From: Candidatus Ozemobacteraceae bacterium
Lineage (GTDB): Bacteria; Muiribacteriota; Ozemobacteria; Ozemobacterales; Ozemobacteraceae
Direction: 5' to 3'
DNA length: 56,992 nucleotides
Assembly (NCBI GenBank): GCA_937998695.1
Contig: CALLCO010000118.1
Span: forward strand, 1-56,992
This document shows, in pieces, positions 37,706 through 44,401 of the stretch (position 1 is the first letter of the stretch; the number at the start of each line of letters is the position of its first letter). The notes under the pieces are model-generated. The model was not told where the DNA came from. It saw nothing but the letters and a program-made list of their open reading frames with translations, and made no database searches. A program made the position numbers and the translations under genes.

Positions 37706-38437
37706 TCAGCGACCGCCGCGATACCGGTACTGGCGACCAGACCCCGGATCGGAACAGGTGATTTCACCCTCGGCGGTCCAGCGGCCCGGAAAGGCGGACC
37801 CACCGGACGGGATGACCGTCAACTCTCCCGCGGCCGACTCGGTCACGGTCAACACACGTCCCGAGCGCGTGTTGGTCAGGGTGGCGAGGGGGCCATCCCC
37901 GGTGTCGAACACCACCTGCCAGGGGGTGGTACCGATGGTGAGTGAGGTTGTTCCGCCTTCGGCAGGTATCTGACCAACGGTTATCTGGGTGCCGTTGCCG
38001 CGGGTGATGACCAGGGAGCTGTCTTCCAGGCGGGCGGCGGTGCAGGATTCCGCCCCGGCCAGGACGCGCCACCCGGCTTGACCGGGTTCCACGGCCACCG
38101 GGCAGGAACCGTCGGCCCGCCGGACCTGCCAGCCGTTTTGCAGCCGCCGGCGGAGATAGGCCCGGTCCCGACGCTGGAAGGGGGCCTCCCCGGTCTCGGC
38201 TTCGGCCTCGACCACGGAGGCGGCGACGGGGGCGACGGCCAGGGTCGGGGACACCGACAGGCTCTGGGCGGCCTCGACTCGGTCGGCCAGGAGGACCGCT
38301 TCCACCGCGGCTAGGTCTTCCGTGGTCAGTGGATCGGAAAAGGGGGTGGCCGGTCCTCCTCCAGATGAGCCTCCGCACCCGTTCAGGGAGCAGATGCCAA
38401 GAGCCAGGAAAAGGAACCCGAGCACACGCTTGATCAT
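37706..38437 (-). CDS. lipoprotein, hypothetical
   Basis: AGGAGA SD and lipobox MIKRVLGFLFLALGICSLNGC. ORF 37706..38578 trimmed to ATG 38437. Confidence 0.6.
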   Translation of the reverse strand: MIKRVLGFLFLALGICSLNGCGGSSGGGPATPFSDPLTTEDLAAVEAVLLADRVEAAQSLSVSPTLAVAPVAASVVEAEAETGEAPFQRRDRAYLRRRLQNGWQVRRADGSCPVAVEPGQAGWRVLAGAESCTAARLEDSSLVITRGNGTQITVGQIPAEGGTTSLTIGTTPWQVVFDTGDGPLATLTNTRSGRVLTVTESAAGELTVIPSGGSAFPGRWTAEGEITCSDPGSGRQYRYRGGR

Positions 38438-38475
38438 GAAGATTCTCCTGGGGCAATGAGATGATGATGCATTGG

Positions 38476-38492
38476 TAGCACATTCCGTGCCA
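38476..38492 (-). promoter_or_regulatory. sigma-54 (-24/-12) promoter
   Basis: The minus strand reads TGGCACGgaatGTGCTa, with GG-N10-GC spacing and one mismatch to TGGCACG-N4-TTGCW. Lies ~40 nt upstream of lipoprotein ATG 38437. Confidence 0.55.
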
Positions 38493-38952
38493 ACGTCGTG
38501 CCCCCGACCTTGGCTTGGGTGATTCCCGGCGTTGCGGCATGGACCGCGAGCTTTTCCACATGAGGGGAGGTCAGCCATCGCCGGTCCGGTTTCCCGCCGC
38601 CCTGCCTTGCGGAATGGATCAGAAGCCCGATTGATCCCTGTGTGGTTCTGCGGGCTCTCCTGCCCGGGTGCAGATCCCGGAGAGATCGTCCTTGCCCGGG
38701 CACCTGCCCCCGGACCAAAAGAGCCGGCAGCTTGTCCTGGCGAGACAGTCGAGGGAAAACTCCCGGCAGGGAAATTTATTTCTCTCCTGATGAAATGGGT
38801 TTCATTCCGGTTTCCCGCCTCCTACAATAATGGTGGCGGACTGCGGCTCCTGCCGGAGCGCGGACCGGGCCGGGGGCCCGCTGGAACCTGGACGGCAGCG
38901 CTATTGCTGGGCAAGGAGCGAGTTCCCCGGAATTCCCGACAGGAGTGTCTCG

Positions 38953-40302
38953 ATGCCAGGTTCCCCGAGATCTGAGCGGTTGTTCGATCTGCTGCCCATG
39001 GCCGTCACCTTGCCCCTGGTCGTGGTCATCATCCTGTGGAATCTCGGGCAGGCGGCCGACCTGTCTGCGCGGTGGCTCGAGCGCGAGGCGCAGGAGATCG
39101 GGCGGGAGGCGCTGGCCGACTTCCTGCCCGACCTTCGCGGCTGGGTGAACGATGGCGGGCGGTTCGTGGAGGAGCTGGCCACCGGCCCCTTGCAGGCGGC
39201 GGGGCTGCGCTCTGCCGTGGGCTGGCGGTTCTCGACGCCGGACCCTTCGGTGCGCCAGACGTTCGAGCGGTGGGCGGTCGCGGGCACGGGCACCTTCCAC
39301 ATTCTGGCCCCGAACCTGGTATTCCTGCGATGGCCCTTGCGGGTCGGTCCTCCGGCTGGCCGGGGTGGGTTCCAGGGAGGGGGGCCGCCGCCCTGGAGCC
39401 GTGGAGGACAGCGGTTCCCCCAGGAGGATTCCCCCCACGACCGGGGTCCCGCGCGGGGGCCCTTCGAACTTGCGCTGTTGATCGAGGTTCACGGCACCCC
39501 GCCGGTCTGGCCCTTCCACGCGCAGGCGGGGCTCTGGGGGCTGGCCTGGTTGGCAGGGGGCACCGCCTGGATCTGGGGACGAGGCGTCCAGCGGCGGGCC
39601 CGGGCGCTCGAACTCCAGGGGCAGCAAGAGGCCCACCTGGCCGCGATTGGGCGCATGTCCGCCCGGCTGGCCCACGAGATCCGCAATCCGCTCGGGATGG
39701 TCCGTGGGGCCGCCCAGCATCTCCGCAGCCCCGGCCTTCCCCGATCGGATCGGGAATCCCTGCTTTCCCTCATCGACCAGGAGACCCGCCGGCTGGAACA
39801 CCTGAGCCAGGAGGTGTTGAGCTTCTGTCGCCCGCCCCCGGTCACGCCGGCGCCGATGGAGCTGGTCGCCTTCCTGCACGATTTCGTGCGGCAGGCCGCC
39901 CTGGACCCAGGTCAGCCGCCGGTGGTGGTAGAGCCGCTGCCCGATTCCTGTCGCGTCCAGGCCGATGCCGACGCCCTTCGTCAGGTGGTATGGAACCTGG
40001 TCCGCAACGCCCGCGAGGCGACGGTGGCCGCCGGTGTCGCCGCGGCGGTGCGCCTCTCCCTGGCGCCGACCCCGACCGGGGTCGCTCTCCGGATCAAAGA
40101 TCGGGGAATCGGCCTGTCGCCAGAGGTCCAGGAGCGCTTGTTCGAGCCGTTCTTTTCCGGCAAGGCTCGGGGGTTCGGTCTGGGGTTGGCGATTTCGCGC
40201 CGTCTGGTAGAATCGATGGGCGGCCGCCTCACCCTCGACCCCGATCCCGAAGGTGGCTGCTTGGCGGAGGTGATGCTGCTCCATGACCGGCCCACGCCCT
40301 GA
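38953..40302 (+). CDS. sensor histidine kinase (HisKA + HATPase_c)
   Basis: H-box MSARLAHEIRNPL, N-box VWNLVRNAREAT, G1 DRGIG, G2 GFGLGLAISRRL. N-terminal TM helix. AGGAG lies 7 nt upstream of ATG 38953. Confidence 0.85.
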   Translation: MPGSPRSERLFDLLPMAVTLPLVVVIILWNLGQAADLSARWLEREAQEIGREALADFLPDLRGWVNDGGRFVEELATGPLQAAGLRSAVGWRFSTPDPSVRQTFERWAVAGTGTFHILAPNLVFLRWPLRVGPPAGRGGFQGGGPPPWSRGGQRFPQEDSPHDRGPARGPFELALLIEVHGTPPVWPFHAQAGLWGLAWLAGGTAWIWGRGVQRRARALELQGQQEAHLAAIGRMSARLAHEIRNPLGMVRGAAQHLRSPGLPRSDRESLLSLIDQETRRLEHLSQEVLSFCRPPPVTPAPMELVAFLHDFVRQAALDPGQPPVVVEPLPDSCRVQADADALRQVVWNLVRNAREATVAAGVAAAVRLSLAPTPTGVALRIKDRGIGLSPEVQERLFEPFFSGKARGFGLGLAISRRLVESMGGRLTLDPDPEGGCLAEVMLLHDRPTP

Positions 40303-41686
40303 CGGGGAACCGGCCGGCGCGATCCTCGTCGTCGATGACGAGGCGGGCTATCGGACCCTGTTTTCCTCGGTGCTGCGCCAGGCGGGATACACGGTCGTCA
40401 CCGCCGACAGCGGCCGGGAAGCCCTGGAACTGGTTGGGCGTCGTCCCATCCGGCTGGTGGTGCTCGACCTCGTCATGCCCGACCTCGATGGCCTGGAGGT
40501 CTGTCGCCGGCTCCGGGCACGCGATCCCGCCCTGCCCGTGGTGTTCCTGACCGCCTACGGGTCGATCCCGTCGGCGGTCGAAGCGATGCGGGAAGGGGCG
40601 GCCGATTACCTGACCAAACCCCTGGACCGGATCGACCAGCTGCCCGAGATGGTGACCCGCATCCTGGGGAGGGCCGCCGCTTCCCCTGCCGTCAAGGAGA
40701 AAGCGGGGCCAGCCATCGGCCCGGTCGGCGGCCAGCCCGGGCCGACCATTCTGACGGCCGATCCAGGAATGTTGGCCATCCTCGAGCAGGCCCGTCGCAT
40801 CGCCCGGAGCGACGTGACGGTCCTGCTCACCGGCGAATCGGGAACGGGGAAAGAGGAACTGGCGAAGTTTCTGCACGCCCACAGCCCGCGACAGGGGCGG
40901 CCGATGGTGACGGTGAACTGTGCCGCCATTCCCGAGAATCTGATTGAGAGCGAGTTGTTCGGGCACGAGAAGGGGGCCTTCACGGGGGCCGTCGACACTC
41001 GGGCGGGACGGTTCGAGGAAGCCCACCGGTCGACCCTGTTCCTCGACGAGATCGGGGACCTGCCGCTGGCCCTGCAACCCAAGCTGCTGCGGGTGCTGCA
41101 GGATCGGGAGGTGCGCCGGGTGGGCGGCCGGGCCCCCTTCGGGGTGGACTTTCGCCTGATCGCGGCCACCAACCGTTCGTTGCGGGACGAGATCAAGGCG
41201 GGGCGCTTCCGGGAAGATCTGTTCTACCGACTGTCGGTGGTATCCCTGCATCTGCCCCCCCTGCGGGAACGTCCTGGGGACATCGCTCTGCTGGCCGGCC
41301 ATTTTGTGACGGTGTTCGCCGCCCGGGCGGGACGGTCCGACCTGCGCCTGGCCCCGGAAACGCTCGCCGCGCTGCGCGAACATTCCTGGCCGGGCAATGT
41401 CCGCGAACTCGCCAACTGCCTGGAGGCAACGGTCCTGCTGGCCGAGGGCCCGCTCATCCGGCCGGGTGACATTCATGGTTGGGGAGTGACGGGCAGTGGC
41501 GGACCGGCCGATGAACCATCGGTGACCAACCCTCGCGAGGAGGCCGAGAAGCGGGTGATTCTCGAGACGCTGGCCCGCGCGGGGGGGTCTCGGAAAGAGG
41601 CCGCCCGCCTTCTGGGGATGACCCCCCGCAATCTCTTCTACAAGCTGCGAAAGTACGGGATCTCGAAAGGGGAAGCCCCCCGCTGA
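40283..41686 (+). CDS. sigma-54-dependent response regulator (NtrC family)
   Basis: Receiver domain (ILVVDDE..VVLDLVMPDLDG..LTKP). AAA+ domain (VLLTGESGTGKE, ESELFGHEKGAFTGA = GAFTGA). C-terminal HTH (AARLLGMTPRNLFYKLRKYGI). Confidence 0.9.
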   Translation: MTGPRPDGEPAGAILVVDDEAGYRTLFSSVLRQAGYTVVTADSGREALELVGRRPIRLVVLDLVMPDLDGLEVCRRLRARDPALPVVFLTAYGSIPSAVEAMREGAADYLTKPLDRIDQLPEMVTRILGRAAASPAVKEKAGPAIGPVGGQPGPTILTADPGMLAILEQARRIARSDVTVLLTGESGTGKEELAKFLHAHSPRQGRPMVTVNCAAIPENLIESELFGHEKGAFTGAVDTRAGRFEEAHRSTLFLDEIGDLPLALQPKLLRVLQDREVRRVGGRAPFGVDFRLIAATNRSLRDEIKAGRFREDLFYRLSVVSLHLPPLRERPGDIALLAGHFVTVFAARAGRSDLRLAPETLAALREHSWPGNVRELANCLEATVLLAEGPLIRPGDIHGWGVTGSGGPADEPSVTNPREEAEKRVILETLARAGGSRKEAARLLGMTPRNLFYKLRKYGISKGEAPR

Positions 41687-41716
41687 GTCGTTGCCGAGCT
41701 GCGCGCGGCGTGGGGG

Positions 41717-42710
41717 TCAGAGCGAGAAGCGTTCCTCGTAAATCCGGCTGGCGGGAACACCCAGCCGGCCGAGGGCGACCCGGAGTTTCTCCATCATCGG
41801 CGGTGGCCCGCATTGGAAGACCTCCCGCTCGGGCAGATCGGGAACGAGGGCCTGAAGCCTGGGTTCGTCGAGGTAGCCCTTCTCCCCGGTCCATCCTGGG
41901 TCGTCGGACAGAATATGGATCAGTCGGGCCCGACCATGCGCGATGGTTTCCAGTTCGGTGCGGAGATGGATTCCCTGCTCGTTGCGGTTGGCATAGAGCA
42001 GGATGACGTCTTTGCTGGCTGCCAACAGATCTTCAAAAATCGACCGAATGGGGGTGATGCCGATCCCGCCGGCGATCAGCAGAACCTTCGGGCCGACCGC
42101 CCGGGAGGCGGTGAAGATGCCGTGAGGACCGTCGATCAAGACGGGCGTTCCGGGGGGAAGATCGGGCAGGCGAGAGGTGAAATCCCCGAGGCGTTTGACG
42201 GTCAGACGGAGCGACCGCCCGTCGGGGGGGGCCGACAGCGAGAAAGGATGTGTAGGAGATGAACCGGCGCAGCGGCCTCAAGGCCGCCACGGTCAGCAGA
42301 ACCAGCAGGACCGCGCCGACCATGGCTTCCGGCAGGTCATGCCAGGTGCGCCAGAAATCAAGAAGCTGCTCGGACATGCTGACCAGGGCGTTCTGGGCGT
42401 TGGCCCAGGTGACGAGCGGGGCATGGAGCAGCAGGCAGAGAACGGCCACGAAGGCGTTGAGATGGTGCCAGCGCGTCAACCGGTCGAGGCCGAACCGGCC
42501 CTCGAGCAGCTTGACCCGGCTGATGAAAAGGATCTGCCAGACCAGGCAGACCGCTCCCACCAAACCACAGAGCCGACCCCAGGCCAAAGCCCGGGCTGTC
42601 GAATCGAGACCGGTCAGGAAAGGATGGGTAACCCGCCAAACCCAGAAGGGAACAGCGAGCGAGAGGGCATACGTCAGGGCCGTCCACCAGCCAGCCATGG
42701 TTCTCTCCAT
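41717..42710 (-). pseudogene. ferric-reductase-like (FRE TM + FAD/NAD-binding) gene with internal deletion/frameshift
   Basis: The upstream frame gives a heme-TM domain ending RRFISYT. At ~42246-42254 the reading switches frame to HPFSLSAPPDGRSLRLTVKRLGDFTS...LIDGPHG...LLIAGGIGITP...QCGPPPM. The last TM helices and the N-terminal half of the FAD domain are absent. Confidence 0.55.
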
Positions 42711-42802
42711 CGGCGATGGGGCTCGCCGACCCGAGTAGTCGGTCTGCCCAAGCGCGAACTCCGCCCGCCGGGGCACGACGACCGGCGGGCGGCAAGATCA
42801 TC

Positions 42803-43075
42803 CTACTTAATCGTTTCGAACTTTTCGCGGGGGGAATCACACACGGGACACTTCTTGAGGTCCATGTCGGTGGTGGTCTCGCCGCACACGAGGCAGACGA
42901 GATATTCGGTCGCGGCCTCTTTCATGCTTTCGAGGTTGGCCAGGGCGTCCTGGTACATTTTGGCATGGTTGCCTTCAACGATGGCAGTGCTCTTGAAAAT
43001 CTTGGCGGCCATTTCCTGGTTTTCTTCATCAGCCTTTGCCGCAAAGGCGGGATACATCTTTTCGCTTTCGTATGA
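42803..43075 (-). pseudogene. rubrerythrin, 3' half only
   Basis: 84-aa ORF has the second ferritin-like half (MYPAFAAKA..EGNHAKMY) plus the rubredoxin-like CLVCGE...CPVCDSP. An in-frame TAA lies only 20 codons upstream of the Met, and homology ends at the family-2 repeat. Confidence 0.55.
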
Positions 43076-43192
43076 GCCTGTTGCACGAACGCCCCAAACA
43101 GCCCGTCTTTATGTGCCGTCCACTCGGAGATGTCGACCGGATCAGGGGCGCCATGGACACGACGAGCGAAAAACCCGATTCATGCAACAGGC
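43076..43192. repeat. IR-bounded 117-bp element (repeat family 2, copy B)
   Basis: Perfect 10-bp terminal inverted repeats gcctgttgca / tgcaacaggc. Collinear with 16523-16638. Confidence 0.65.
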
Positions 43193-43288
43193 GCAACCGT
43201 CAGGGATTCGGGGGCCCGCGCCGCTGTGGATCCCCTGGCGCAGCGCCGTAGGATTCAGACAAGCGCCTGAGCCGGGCGGCCCCTTGCG

Positions 43289-44401
43289 TTAAAGGTGCTT
43301 GCCGAGGATCTTCACATGGAAAACCCCGTTGTTGTCGAAGTGACCGAAGCAGCGGCGGGCGTCGCCGTCGGACCAAGCATAGAACTCGTGGGTGCAGCCC
43401 GGCACCGGTTCGCCCTCCAGGGATTTGAAGCGCAGGCTGCTGGGAATGCGGTTGGGATCGCGGTCCGATTCCAGGTAGCGGGCCAGCTCATCGATCCGCT
43501 CGTTGAGGTCGAACCGGCGGCGCAAAGGCAGGTCGGCGCAGTGGTTCAGGAACTGCCCGGCCAGCTGCAGTCGGGGGGAGGGGGAGTCCCAGATACGTTC
43601 CTTGTACAGCGTCTGCTTGGATGTCTCCCAGTACAAGCCGCCCCAGGTCGACAAGCCGGCGCGGCCCTCAAGAACGGTCAGCAATGCCTCGGGAATGCCG
43701 GCGGTCTCGGCCGTGGGCACCTCGCCTCCCCAGCCCAGGCGACGGAACAGCGGCAGCCTCGACCGGACCAGCTCCCCGTCGTCGATCCGCAGGGGCAGCC
43801 GTGGGATGCGTAGCATCTCGGCGCTGCTCTCGAACCGATAGACGATCTCGTCGGCCCACAGCATGCCGAGAGGGACCATTGCGCCCATCAGTCCCTTGAA
43901 CGCCCCGGTCAGGTGGAAGACGACCCGGTACTGGCGGTCCCGGTAGCCGGGAATGGTCGTGGCGACCCACCGGACCAGGTGATCGATGCCCGAGTGGAAC
44001 TCGGCCAGGTCGGTGACCACCAGATCGGTGATCGGTACGGCGCTGGCCGCCAACCCCTGTCGCCGCAGCCAGTCGGCCAGCACCTCGCCGGCCCGCTGGC
44101 CCAACCAGGTGGCGGTGGTCAGGAGAAAATGCTCGTCGCGTCGGTCGGCGGCCGGGTCGGGCGTGGCAAGGCCCCGCAGACCGTTGATCTCGGCGCTGGT
44201 GCGGGGATCCGCCTGGCGCAGGCTCACCCCCTCCAGTCGTCGCGCGGCACGGTCGACCAGCTTTTCCAGGTTCTGGGCTTTCTGGCGGTCGGGGATCGTC
44301 GCCAGGTTCCCCGCCTGCCCCAGCCATTTCCGCTCCTCGTCTGTGGCAGAATTGAGAAACAGACTGATCCCGCAGGTGGAAACGATGACGCGGGGTGTCA
44401 G
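43289..44401 (-). CDS. CARF (APE2256/CARF7-type) - RelE-like fusion, Cami1-like ancillary effector
   Basis: N-terminus RVIVSTCGISLFLN. C-terminus LRFKSLEGEPVPGCTHEFYAWSDGDARRCFGHFDNNGVFHVKILGKHL is RelE/ParE-like. Start inferred as CTG 44401 overlapping the upstream TGA; the 144-codon leader in the ORF track is rejected. Confidence 0.6.
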   Translation of the reverse strand: MTPRVIVSTCGISLFLNSATDEERKWLGQAGNLATIPDRQKAQNLEKLVDRAARRLEGVSLRQADPRTSAEINGLRGLATPDPAADRRDEHFLLTTATWLGQRAGEVLADWLRRQGLAASAVPITDLVVTDLAEFHSGIDHLVRWVATTIPGYRDRQYRVVFHLTGAFKGLMGAMVPLGMLWADEIVYRFESSAEMLRIPRLPLRIDDGELVRSRLPLFRRLGWGGEVPTAETAGIPEALLTVLEGRAGLSTWGGLYWETSKQTLYKERIWDSPSPRLQLAGQFLNHCADLPLRRRFDLNERIDELARYLESDRDPNRIPSSLRFKSLEGEPVPGCTHEFYAWSDGDARRCFGHFDNNGVFHVKILGKHL

